From: Haliotis rufescens
Taxonomy: Eukaryota
DNA: 64,000 nt
Reading direction: 5' to 3'
Assembly: GCF_023055435.1 (NCBI RefSeq)
Contig: NW_025963780.1
Coordinates: forward strand, 24,924,001 to 24,988,000
Both the position numbers and the translations under genes were made by a program. The notes below the pieces were generated by a model. It was not told the origin of the DNA. It saw only the letters and a list, made by a program, of their open reading frames with translations, and did not search any database. Of this stretch, positions 47,201-61,400 are shown piece by piece (position 1 is the stretch's first letter; each line of letters starts with the position of its first letter).

Positions 47201-49383
47201 TTACATCACTGCCAGGTTATAACATTATCATGGTGCATTGTACTTACATCACTGCCAGGTTATAACAGTATCACGGTCTATTGTACTTACATCACTGCCC
47301 GGTTATAACAGTATCATGGTGTATTGTACTTACATCACTGCCAGGTTATAACAGTATCACGGTCTATTGTACTTACATCACTGCCAGGTTATAACAGTAT
47401 CATGGTGCATTGTACTTACATCACTGCCAGGTTATAACAGTATCATGGTGTATTGTACTAGATCACTGCCAGGTTATAACAGTATCATGGAGTATTGTAC
47501 TTACATCACTGCCAGGTTATAACAGTATCATGGTGTATTGTCCTTACATCACTGCCAGGTTATAACAGTATCATGGAGTATTGTACTTACATCGCTGCCA
47601 GGTTATAACAGTATCATGGTGTATTGTACTTACATCACTGCCAGGTTATAACAGTATCATGGTGTATTGTACTAGATCACTGCGAGGTTATAACAGTATC
47701 ATGGTGTATTGTACTTACATCACTGCCAGGTTATAACAGTATCATGGTGTATTGTACTAGATCACTGCCAGGTTATTACAGTATCATGGTGTACAGTACT
47801 TACATCACTGCCAGGTTATAACATTATCATGGTGCATTGTACTTACATCACTGCCAGGTTATAACAGTATCACGGTCTATTGTACTTACATCACTGCCAG
47901 GTTATAACAGTATCATGGTGTATTGTACTAGATCACTGCCAGGTTATAACTGTATCATGGTGTATTGTACTTACATCACTGCCAGGTTATAACAGTATCA
48001 TGGTGCATTGTACTTACATCACTGCCAGGTTATAACAGTATCACGGTCTATTGTACTTACATCACTGCCAGGTTATAACAGTATCATGGTGTATTGTACT
48101 TACATCACTGCGAGGTTATAACAGTATCATGGAGTATTGTACTTACATCACTGCCAGGTTATAACAGTATCATGGTGTATTGTACTTACATCACTGCCAG
48201 GTTATAACAGTATCATGGTGTATTGTACTTACATCACTGCCAGGTTATAACAGTATCACGGTCTATTGTACTTACATCACTGCCAGGTTATAACAGTATC
48301 ACGGTCTATTGTACTTACATCACTGCCAGGTTATAACAGTATCATGGTGTATTGTACTTACATCACTGCGAGGTTATAACAGTATCATGGAGTATTGTAC
48401 TTACATCACTGCCAGGTTATAACAGTATCATGGTGTATTGTACTTACATCACTGCGAGGTTATAACAGTATCATGGTGTATTGTACTAGATCACTGCCAG
48501 GTTATAACAGTATCATGGTGTATTGTACTAGATCACTGCCAGGTTATAACAGTATCATGGTGTATTGTACTTACATCACTGCCAGGTTATAACAGTATCA
48601 TGGTGTATTGTCCTTACATCACTGCCAGGTTATAACAGTATCATGGTGTATTGTACTTACATCACTGCCAGGTTATAACAGTATCATGGTGTATTGTCCT
48701 TACATCACTGCCAGGTTATAACAGTATCATGGTGTATTGTACTTACATCACTGCCAGGTTAAAACAGTATCATGGTGTATTGTACTTACATCACTGCCAG
48801 GTTATAACAGTATAATGGTGTATTGTACTTACATCACTGCCAGGTTATAACAGTATCATGGTGTATTGTACTTACATCACTGCCAGGTTATAACAGTATC
48901 ATGGTGTATTGTCCTTACATCACTGCCAGGTTATAACAGTATCATGGTGTATTGTACTTACATCACTGCCAGGTTATAACTGTATCTTGGTGTATTGTAC
49001 TTACATCACTGCCAGGTTATAACAGTATCATGGTGTATTGTACTTACATCACTGCCAGGTTATAACAGTATCATGGTGTATTGTACTTACATCAATGCCA
49101 GGTTATAACAGTATCATGGTGTATTGTACTTACATCACTGCCAGGTTATAACAGTATCACGGTCTATTGTACTTACATCACTGCCAGGTTATAACAGTAT
49201 CATGGTGTATTGTACTTACATCACTGCCAGGTTATAACAGTATCACGGTCTATTGTACTTACATCACTGCCAGGTTATAACAGTATCATGGTGTATTGTA
49301 CTTACATCACTGCCAGGTTATAACAGTATCACGGTCTATTGTACTTACATCACTGCCAGGTTATAACAGTATAATGGTGTATT
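44248..49383. repeat. 43-bp minisatellite, ~119 copies
   Basis: Unit GGTTATAACAGTATCATGGTGTATTGTACTTACATCACTGCCA, with constant period and point variants. Confidence 0.98.
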
Positions 49384-49452
49384 CTTATGGTGCAACTGTA
49401 GGGATTGTGCACTTTATAGATGGCGATATATGGTACTTACATCACTGCCAGG

Positions 49453-52400
49453 CTATAACAGCTTCAGTGGTGGCAACTTGATGGAAGCATCTCGCACAGC
49501 ACTTGATATATCCTCACCGATGGGGCACCTGTTCAGTAGAATATAAACTGGTTAGCAGTTCAACAACTAATTAATAGTAGAATAACATTTCTCGATATTT
49601 TCCGGGGTAGAATAGGTCTACAGCAACCCATGCTTGCCGTAAAAGGCGATTATGCTTGTCGAAAGAGGGGACTAAAGGGATCGGGTGGTCAGGCTCGCTG
49701 ACTTTGTCGATGCATGTCATCGTATCCCAATTGCGTGGGTCGATGCTCAAGAAGTCAATCACTGGATTGTCTGGTCCAGACTCGGTTATTAACTGAACGC
49801 TGTCATAGAGCTGGAATATTGCTGAGCGCAGCATTAAACAACAAGCAAACAAATACTATATTTTCATCTGAACAATTGGAACAATCTGTTACAAACTCTT
49901 TAGATGATCATAAATTATTTCTTAGATTATCCATTTTTCCTGAAAAATAGCAAGACATTTTGTATTTCTGTCAAATAAAGGTTCAAAGTTATGTTGACAT
50001 ATTTTAAATTTACAATCTGCGAACACTCAATGGGAGGTACGAACCACTGCCTTGGTTACTGACAACATTCGTGGGCTAAGTGAGGTGAGTGAGTGAGTGA
50101 GTGAGTTGGGTTTAACGCCGCATAGGGGTGCTATCAGTCCCACCTTTGAGCGAAGAAAAAAACTATCAACCATCAAATCAGTAGATCCTGACAAGGCTAA
50201 GGAACGTAACTCTTCACATTATTTTGTTTATTCAGATATCACCTTACTTGGGCTGGAAATCCACTGCTTCAGGGTGAGCTGCTGAAAAATCCTGTCCACT
50301 CAGCAGTTTCTCCATGCCATTCCTACAAATACATAGATGATATTTCAGAAGGCTCAGTCTTTTACTCTGAAGGGGCGGTCGGGTAGCCTAGTGGTTAAAA
50401 AGCGTTAGCTCGTCACGCCGAAGACCCGGGTTCGATTCCGGACATGGGTACAATGTGTGAAGCCCAATTCTGGTGTCCCCCGCCGTGATATTGCTGGAAT
50501 ATTGCTAAACGCGGCGTAAAACCATACTCACTCACTTTCACTCTGAAGTATATAGGTAATAAATAAATAATTTTTGTTGTTTAACACCGCACAGTAATAT
50601 TCCAGCAATATGACAGCAGTCAGTAAATAATCCAGTCTGGGCCAGTCAATCCAGTATCCCGTTAGGCACCTCTTACGACAAGCATAGTCGCCTTTTACGG
50701 CAAGCATGGGTAGCTGAAGATCTATTCTACCCGGGATCTTCATGGGTCATCTAGTCTCTGAAATGAACATATTTTACATATTAAAACAGTCCACAGACTC
50801 TCATGCAGTAATTAGACTTGCTGAATAATGTAGACTTGCATGGGCTGTATTAGATATATTTGTGTCAGGGTCTGCATGGCACGAGGCATCAGTCCACAGA
50901 CATAGTAGGCATTCTCTTATCAAGTGTTACCATTACCTTGCATTTTCATCAAGTACCCCAATTTCACAAAGTTGGAAAAAACTTAAAGTGCAAGCATCAT
51001 GTAAAATAGGAAAACATTTTTCCTTCATCATTATGTAGCCAGTATGATGTACAACACGATGCTCGAGAAAAAAAGAGTGAAAACAAAAACTTAGAGCTGT
51101 TGCACTTAATTAAACATACATATTGTTAGGTCTACATTTGTAACAACTCAAACGAATCTTAAAAGCACTGAAAAGTAGGTGTGGCTTAATTAGCACATAT
51201 CGGCAAGTTGGGATCAGGATATCAAGTGTGTCATTTTGGACGTAATTTCCTCCAAAATGACCATATATGGAGCCTCTGTACATATTTACTCTGCCTCCGT
51301 TGTTTTTAAATTTAGCCTTTGAAATTGATAGACAGGAAAAAAGTACAAAGAAACCTTATTTACTTGCTGCTTTCGATGTTTTGAATATGATATTTGCAAT
51401 AACGATGTTACCATCTATCCAAATCTGCAAAGTTGTATATTCCCCTATAAGACTAATGACTATTTTAACTGTCAGATCCTTTTGCTAAGGGAGGTAACTC
51501 TTACATGACTAGTTCCCCAAACAACATTGTTTAAGAATCACAATAAAAAATGATTTAATCCCATATTTTGTACATCTCCTTTAGAAAACAATTTTTCAGC
51601 CATTTCATTATTATTTTGACTAATAATGCTAGTATTCTTAAAAACTCTAAAAAGCATTTTTAAAATAAAGACATTGATTGTTTACTCTAGATCATAGTTG
51701 TTTTACTATCACAAACTCCACATCACACTATGACACCATTGTTTGTACATGTATACAAGGTAGGTGAGCTGTGAGGAGATCCAGCGCCACCTACCAGGCA
51801 ATCATTACACTATTGTTTGTACATAAACAGGTAGGTGAGCTGTGAGGAGCTCCAGCACCACTTACCAGGCAATCATTACACTATTGTTTGTACATGAACA
51901 GGTAGGTGAGCTGTGAGGAGCTCCAGCACCGCTTACCAGGCAATCATTACACCATTGTCGGTACACAGACGAGGCGGTGGACAGACGAGCTGTGTGGAGT
52001 ACATGTCACACACCTTCTGGAGTCCTGATCTGATGAACTGATTGCTGCCAACCCCGCCAGACACAACCTGCAACATAAGTAGAGGATATTCTATTCATGT
52101 TAATGTCATACCATGTTCACGACACGAGTGTCTAAATACCACAATTGAGGCACGAGTTCGTTAACACAGTATGACATGAACAGAAACATAATGTACTATT
52201 TATTCCTGAAGAAGACATACATACAGAGACGAATTTTTTTGTGTTTCTACATAGACAGCAAGTTGCCACAGCAGCATAACCACAATTTGTCGAATGACGT
52301 CACAAATCTGTGACAAGTCAGAGTAAGATTCGAAGGATGTCAACAATGATGTACAGATGACGGAAACAATACACTTGTGTCTCGTGACGTGACATGACCC

Positions 52401-55400
52401 AAAGGCACATATGATTTTTATGTTGCCCGCGTAGGTAGTAAAACAGGATAAAGAGCAGGCAATGTCGACTTGAGTCCAGGCCTGCAGGAAATGGCTGATA
52501 GCGCAGGCAATTACCTCAATGCTCAATCCTCCAAGAACTTTACATATATATTTACGCTGTTATATCAGTGCAATAACACTCACTCATACGCTTCTCCACT
52601 AAACAAAGATCTGAGGACACCGCCATTTGGGGTCATGTCAGAACTACCTTTCACAAACTTTGACCGACCACTGAAATGACTAACAAGAAGTCGACATCAG
52701 CCATTTAGAAAGCAGCTTTCTCGAGCTTTACGGCACTCGTTTCAACCTGGCGACTTCCATTTCAGACTAAGCTTGAAAAATATGTTGAAACAGTTCTCGA
52801 TTAAAATTTTGAAAACTGAACAAACGAACATTACGGAATGTCTAATATATCGTTGCGATTGTATGGCAGTGCTTCCCAAGTGCTGTGAAGCGCCTCCTCC
52901 ATGCAAATGTTTATCCAACGGAAGCGAGAGATAGACGATAATTCAAAATACCCCGTGTTAACATTTTCGAGGTTGCATGATTAGAAACACATTCCGACTG
53001 TCACTTTCATGATCTGGTAAACGACGCTTTGATTGGTTGGATGAAAGGTCGTTCTGACATAACAACCAACCACTCACTCGTGCAACCAACCACTCATCCA
53101 TGCAGCCAACCACTCACTCATGCAACATACCACTCACCCATACAACCAAACACTCACTCACGTAGCCAACCCCTTACTCATACAACCAACCACGCACTAA
53201 TGTAGCCAACCATCCACTCATGACACAAAAGACAAATGACAGCTTTTAATGACAAAATCTTTACCAGGGTCTTCTTGTGTTTTGGCAGCAGACCATGCAG
53301 CTCACAGAAGAGCAGCGACCTCTGAACCCGCCGTGCCAGGTGCTTCAGGACGCCATATTGGAAGGAAGCGCATATGTCTGCTACATTCGGTAAAATATCC
53401 TCTCTGGACACACCTGCACAAACACATCAGACTTTGTCAGTGGACATGACATAGGCATCCCCTTGGTCAGAAAAAAACACAAGTCATGGCCTTCAAACTG
53501 ATGAGGTGTTGCTGATTAAAAACAGTGTCAGGGATTTATTTAGACATGCTCAGACCTGCTATTTGGCCAAAAATATGCAGCAAATTTCAGTAAAAATTCT
53601 CAAATGGGAAATTCCCAATTCATGTCAATATAGTTATAAGTAATGTGATGGCAAAGACTTCAATGAATAATTTTACATTATTGAATGTTAAGATAAAATG
53701 ATAAAATACCTAATACATTTACAAAATAAAGACAAAGCAAACTCCCAATTTTGAACAAAACAAATTATTCTCAATTTGACTGTCAAGAGCACATTGTTTG
53801 GAAAAATCCATGTGTGAATATCCAGATTCACACTACCTGGCAGTGAGATGACAGTTACTGAATGATACTGCAGCAGATGTCTGCAGGCTATTGTCTCATG
53901 TTATCCATTTCCATTTAATTAAAGCACTTGCAAATGAACGTGTTTCAACATTTTATAGATTAGGAATAAATTCATGACTGATTAGCTACCAGTTAGTAAT
54001 CATGTATATTTTTGTCGTCCGAATGCACTCATAAGAACTTGATATCCCATCCCAAAGAATACTTAAAATGACAACAAAAATCATGTTAGTGTATCAATTA
54101 GTTTCAGTCTTGCAACATCTGTTTCAAGCAGTAGTACAGGTGTTCATTTCCTCATGGAGATTGTTGCAAAATCCATCATTTAGCCACCATGATCTTTTTG
54201 TGTTCACTATAGAAAAGACCTGTGAGGATCCAGGGTAGAATAGGTCTTCAACAACCTACGCTTGCCATAAAAGGTTGACTATGCTTGTTGTAAGAGGCGA
54301 CTAACGGGATCGAGTGGTCAGACTCGATGACTTGATGGTGCATGTCATCGTATCCCAATTGCGTGATGTCAGTCACTGGATTGTCTGGTCCAGACTTGAT
54401 TATTTACAGACCGCTGTCATATAGCTTGAATATTGCTGAGTGCGGGGTTAAACAACAAACAAATAAACAAAACACTATACAACAAAGTTTTCCCAAATTA
54501 TTCATTGAAATTAACAAGCAATCAATATACCTCTCTGAATGAGTGTTCAGCATGGATCTACATAGATCGCTGCTTCGTACGGCGATCCCTTGATATCTTT
54601 GATTGAATCATAAGACGTCGTACATGTATATGAACTGTTAGCTTGAAAAGATGTTTTTATGAGTATAAAGAAAACGGGGGATGTCATGACACTACAAGAT
54701 GGCCCATGCGAGATGACACACAAAAGCCTAGTCGCTGGACCTTGTTTCAAACATGACAAAATAGTGTAATTTGATTGGATGGCTATTTTTAGTGTTGTGT
54801 CATTAGAACCTGGTGAATGATATCATATTTGTCACAACAGATTTTTAAATTTTACGCTTGACTGGGTGTCGGTAGTAATCGTCATAACAACAAGGGGGAT
54901 GCGGCCCTTGGCCAGTACTGTACGCCGATCAGTCGTTGCAGGTCGATGAAACATTGCGTATCATCAGACACACTGGACCAGTCGTCTTTGTAGTTTTGGC
55001 GGGAACTTCCTCGTGTAGAAAGGAATCTGAGATGACATCATCTTCTACTGAGAGTACAATGACAGTAGATCTATACAACCTCGGTGTGAATGGATGTTTT
55101 AGTAAAGCCCTTCTGCTTTTTCGGTGATGATGTTCCGTCCCTGATTTAGAACGCATGTCAACTGTGCGTTTCTGGCACTAGCATGTGTAATTCTGAAATG
55201 CTTCCTCTGATAATTGGAACACTTGAGCAACGAATTGCAGCATAAGTCACACAAATTGCAGGATGAAAAAGTTTGTCTACATTGTTTACAGGCCTGGTGT
55301 CTTTCATTGTAAGTTCCCATCTTCAGCCATAGTAGATATGTAGTAGGAGAAAGATCTCACCCAAAAACAAAAATGTATTCTATATGAGGGCAAATTCTCA

Positions 55401-58400
55401 TACAGAAAGGGGGAAGGAAAAAGAATTGAATTAGGGAGAAATATGGTCTAACTGAACGAGGGCAGTTCAGCCCAGCGTTATGTCCGGAGACAAAGTTAGA
55501 AGGTCCTGTCGACGCTTCGAAGGAGGAAACTGTTGTTACCCAGTTGGGAATGTGATGTCAAGAAATCTGAGGTGACTATTATCTATATTGCACATTTGCC
55601 ATATTGCTTTGCCGAAATAGATGTGTATATGAGTGCCTTGCCCTGTAACTGAGAATTGTTTTATACTTATCTTTGTTTTAATTATTTAATCTAGCTTTAA
55701 ACTTCAGAGATTGTTGTGTGATTCTTGTAATAGTTATTTGTGGTATTAGCGGGAACCCCTGCCGTTCATCCAACACGTAACACTACTGACTTAAACACGT
55801 TCTCACACCATGGCAATATGAAAGAGAATGATGTGGCAGGTTATGTCAGGTGATCAGGTCATGTAAGGTCGCTATGCACGGGTCTACAGTGTGTGACCCA
55901 TATTGTTAGGTGGGACCATGGTGATGTTGGGACGTGTTCGGGTGTAATATTTTTTTAAGCTGGAAACTTTGTTTTAGGGTGTTTGCATATTAAGATCGAA
56001 AGAAGGAGAAATGCATAGTGTGAGATAGGATAAGTAAAAAAATTGGAGATTTTATACCCTGGATAATCGATGATGATGCTCACCTTGCCTCTCCTCTTCC
56101 CGCGCTATGAATCTCTTAGCCTGAGACTTCAGGCCAGAAAAAGAGAAGTCACACGTACGAATCTGTGTCAGCATCAGAGGGAGGTCAAAGGCCTTGGGGT
56201 TGCCTTCACGTGCCAAGGTTTCTATGGCAACACCACCACTTACACTACTGAATTGTGGGAGATTTTTCAGATTCAGTTGACGAGCAATCTGTAAGAAAAA
56301 ATGTAATAGTTGAACTGCTCTGACAGAAATAAAAGCCTCATTGACCTAAAATAAAAAGATGGAATAAGAGATATGTTACAGCACCTAAGCATTAATCCAC
56401 TATCAGAATTTGGGTGAGTGAGTGAGTTGGGTTTTAACGCCGCTTTTAACATTATTCCAGTTATATCACGGTGTGTCAGCTTAAAGTAGAAGAAAGCCCG
56501 AAGTGATGCAGGTCTCGGACGTTTACCACTTCGGTGAAACCCACAAGCACGGGTATAGTGCTGACAAACCTAGAAACACAATTGGGGCGAACCGGGATTC
56601 AAACACACAATTATAGATTTCTGGCGTGACCAAGGGACGCAACTCTGCACAGAAAATCACGGCACCTTAGACAGCTGGGCCACCCGTCCCCCCCATCAGA
56701 ATTTGGGAATGCTTTACCACCAACATATGTATATTCTTCAGTTCCAGATATTGGAAATCAAAACAAAACAATTCAGCTTAACAACGTTACAAATGGTTGC
56801 ATCAGCATAACTTTGGAGAAAACCACACGGTGATTGTTGATGTTTACCACTTCTATGAAATATACAAGCACAGGTTCCAGCACCAGCATCTTTAATCAGA
56901 CAGAAAAGTTGTTTGTTTGTTTGTTGTTTAACACCACATTCAGCAATATTCCAGCTATAAGACGGCGTCCTGTAAATAATCAAGTATGGACCAGACAATC
57001 CAGTGATTAATATCATGATTATCAATCCATGCAATAGGGATAGGATGACATGCATCAAGCAAGTTAGCGAGCCTAACCACCGGATCCTGTTAAGTCGTCT
57101 CTTACAACAAGCGTAGTCGCCTCATGACAAACATGGGTTGTTGAAGACCTATTCTAACCCATTTCTTCACTGCAGGTCATATAGAAATGTGATTTAGAGG
57201 GTGGTGGGGTAGCCTTGTGGTAAACGCATTTACGCGTCATGTCAAGGCCAGGGTTTGATTCCCCTCACAAGTACAATGTGTGAAGCCCATGTCTTGCGTC
57301 TCCTGCCGTGAAATTGCTGGATTATTGCTGAAAAAGGCATAAAACCATGTTCACTCACTGAGATTTAGAAATCACGATGTGAGTCTTGTTTTATCCATCT
57401 TCGTCCTCTAACATTAGACAAGGAGGTCATAACACTAAGATCACTTTGTAGAAGTGACCAAGGTACTGGTTTGCAAATCAGCACAGATAAAGCTTTGTGC
57501 ACCAGTAGCAGATGAACTGTCCTTAAATCTATGCGACTGTTGTCGTACAACACATTCAGCATATTCCAGCTATATGACAGTGTCCTGTCAATGATTGGAT
57601 CAGACAAACCAGTGACTGATGTCATGAGCATCCCCCCACATTGGCAGGACACGCAAGTCACCAAGACGGACCACCCGATCCATTTTGTGATGACAAGTAG
57701 TAGGTGGCGTCCTAAAAGCTTGATTTAACAAACTAAACCAGCATCCATTTTGAACTATGAAAACGTGTGCAATCTTGTCATTATTGGCAACTGAAGAAAT
57801 ATAACTGTGGTTCTTCATCTCTGGCGAATTCTGACTGATCATGAATTCTCACTCTGATCATGAATTCTGATTCTGATCATGAATCCTGATCCTCATTATG
57901 AATTCTGACTCTGATCATGAATTCCTGATTGATCATGAATTCTGATCCTCATTATGAATTCTGACTCTGATCATGAATTCTGATCCTCATTATGAATTCT
58001 GACTCTGATCATGAATTAGAACTGTTCATCCTGACTTATTATGACTTTAACACTCGTCAGAGGTGAATACCTTGTCAAATGCCTCCCCTGGTGCGTCGTC
58101 CAGACTCTCTCCCAGCAACACAAAATCCGCAACATCTTTCGCCACCGCGAGTAAACAATGGCCGCCACTGATGAGCAACACCAGGAAGGGAAAGTCTACT
58201 CTGAAACGGAGCACTGAAGGTCAACTGAGGTCAACTGAGGTCAAGGTCATGTTTTAAGCTTTTTCGCAAAATTAAAATTTCTTTATGAAACAAATAAACA
58301 GGTACTATCATAATTAAGCCAACAAAAGTTGATAGTGAGAATTATTGTCTGATTTTACAGAATTGACTTCAATATTTACTACGCTTATAAAACCAGTGTG

Positions 58401-61400
58401 CACACATTGCCTAAATCCGCAACACACAATGTGCACACAGGTTTATATATGGCAGCCAATTCTTTAATCATTAGCACAAAAAAATGTACATGATATGAGG
58501 TCGGCAATAATGTAACAAAAGCCCCACCCACTCTATTATCAGCCAATCAGGAAACAGTAGTCAGCTAGTGGGCGTAACCTATTTTTTTAAAGGGACATGG
58601 AAACAAATGCAACAACAATTTCTTGGTTTCAAATGTCATAGAATCACTTGCAATGTGTTTATGACCTTATGAACACTTCTGTACGGATGTTTCTTCAAGG
58701 TATCAACATGAACTGAAAAGTGAATGACAAACAGTATTTTTATTATTTGTTTCATCTATGAATTTGTAAACTTGTACACCCCTAATGTTCATTGCGTTAC
58801 CTGTCACTCATTCTGGCCATGAGAGCATGTGCCTGCATATGATGAATCGGTATCAACGGTTTCCTGGAACGAAATGTTGGTTGCCTATAAAATACAAAAC
58901 TTCAAAACAATGGAATGAAAAATAATATTTGAAGAAGTCTTTATTCTTCAAGCAGAAGCTCTTAACGAATTTCAGTCATAAAAAAAGAGTGAGTGAGTGA
59001 GTATGGTTTTCACCGCTTTTAGCAATATTCCAACAATATCATGGCATGGGACACCAGAAACTGGCTTCACACATTGTACCCATGTCGGGAATCGAACCCG
59101 GGTTTTCGGTGTGACGAGCGAACGCTTTAACCACTAGGCTACCCCACCGCCCTCATAAAAAAAGACATTAAATTAGAAATTATTATATTACATAAATTAG
59201 TGCATACAAGCCCATAATGTACTGATGAAGAGGCATAACATAACATAACCCCTCTGGTAGTCATCCCCCAAAACAGTTTGTTCTTTACTTTACTTCATTT
59301 ACAATTCCCTTTTCAAATCCTGATCAAAACTACAAAAGTGTTTGCATGCAAAAACAGAATGAGACCCATCAAGATATGTATCCACAAGCTTTTTCAGCAC
59401 CCAACTCACACTGAGTAACCTTGACCTTCAATGTAATCCAATCACAAGGAAGAACATGAAAACCCTACTCAGACACAGTATACTGACTCCGAGCTGACCA
59501 GTCCTTGTATTACCCCCTTAATGCGAAGCGCCAGACAGGGTAACAACAAGTACCATCTTTTGACGTCTTTTGGTATGACGAGGCCTGGGATCGAACCCCT
59601 GACCTTCCACTCTCCAGGCGGATGCTCTACCACTAGACCATGGAGGTGGTCGTGTTACAAATATTAAGTGTACCTTTCACAGGTTTGTAGTCATAATTTG
59701 ATGTTCTGATCGAATGAACATCACTGTATTTTCAAAGTAGAGCTATGTTAAGTATAGATTGATGGCATATGGAAGTAGACGTAATGCACATCTTGAGCTG
59801 ACACAGGGCATACTATGACATCACGTGCATTTCAGCCACTGGTTAGCTCTTGTTTGTTTGTTTGTTGTTTAACGTCGCAGTCAGCAATATTCCAGCTATA
59901 AGACGGTGGTCTGTAAATAATCGAGTCTGGACAAGACAATCCAGTGATTGACATCATGAGCATCGATCCGGTTAGCTGTGTTTACTACATGTATCCACCA
60001 TTAACAATAAAATCAAACATAGATCGAGTTAATACATGTAAACATCATCACCTCATCCAGAGCTCCAGATAAGCTGCATATCTGCATGAAATACGCATCA
60101 GAAATGCAGAAATACACAGTAAAATATAATCCAAGCGTATCAAATACGCAACGAACAATACAGATACGCTACAAAAATAAAACTTGTGCGTATCATCAAA
60201 ATATTGTGAAGTAACCCTGCGTATTCGATTAGCAAATCAGCAACTTATTTTGAAATTATAAACGGGCATTCCGTCAACCTTGCCAAACTCCACGATGACA
60301 GTTACATCATGATCATTTGCCATCACAGTTTCTTGTGGAAGTATCGTGGTATTTTTGAGTCCTTTAAAGCTCTCGAACCCACACGACACCAGTTTGCAGG
60401 GACTAGATGAATAGTGTTTTTAAATATTTAACTTAAATACCCACATGTGTAAAAACTAGTGGGTAACAGAAATTTGAATACGCAGATAGAATTACTGATA
60501 CCCAATGATTTTAAAATGCAGTGGTAAAATACCCACAACACCAAAAGCTTATCTGGAGCTCTGATCATCACAAATCAAACTAATTCAAAAATACTCAATG
60601 ACGGATATAATATCATGCATGTAGATCTACCCGGAGTGCCTGACTACAGATTTGGCATGGTCCAACCCGACCTTCAGGCACAGCGCCAGCCCTGGCTCCA
60701 CTGTCACAGCAACTGCATCCACATCCTGTCAAAACACAGAAAGAATTACAAATAGTCGTTGTCTGAACATTGTCTGAGTAAACTTGACTGGCCTAAATAT
60801 TAGTTCCGATTAAATGGCTCTAAAAAATATGACTAGGGATTTTTCTAAAATGTTTATTTCATGTCTAAGGGATTGCAAAAGAAAATAAATATTTATGTGC
60901 CATATATTTGCTATGGTCATCCATCAAATTGTTAGGGTCAAAATGAAATCTGTTTTAAAGTTTGGCACGACACCACTTACATGGACTGTCATACTGGCTC
61001 GGTCCAAGGCTTCCTGTACAACTCCAGCAATGCTCTCTACATGGAGGTTACGAGCCACTGGGGGAAGTATGCCACCAGCTCTACAAGTATTAAAGTTATT
61101 GTAAAACATATATGACAGTGTGCTGCAATACTAATTCACACCCAGAAAAAAACAGGACCAATACTTAAAGCTTATAGTTGCCCTTTAACATGAATATAGA
61201 TCTAGATTACATTTTGTCTCTGATAATGATTAACATTGTAAAAGAAAATAACACTGTCATTTTGCCTAAAATAACTGGAAACAACAAGAACAACAATAAT
61301 AATAATGTATAATAATAATAGATATAATAATAATAATAATAATAATAAAAGAAGTCATAAACATAAATGCAATAGAATCCTGATTCGCTGTCATTGTGTC

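Noticed and set aside
44248-49383. CRISPR-like regular array (also considered for 1188-1401 and 5745-7516)
   Set aside because: Units are contiguous with no unique spacers, there are no cas genes, and the context is eukaryotic.
54900-55785. Cys-rich ORF (CKQC..CNLC) and an LTR-like stretch in OSGEPL1 intron 6
   Set aside because: Short and interrupted, with no TSD or second LTR identified. Probably a transposon relic, but not classifiable by eye.
58825-58845. HHMQAH instead of HHMEAH in OSGEPL1
   Set aside because: The metal-binding histidines are intact, and this position varies in the Kae1/Qri7 family.
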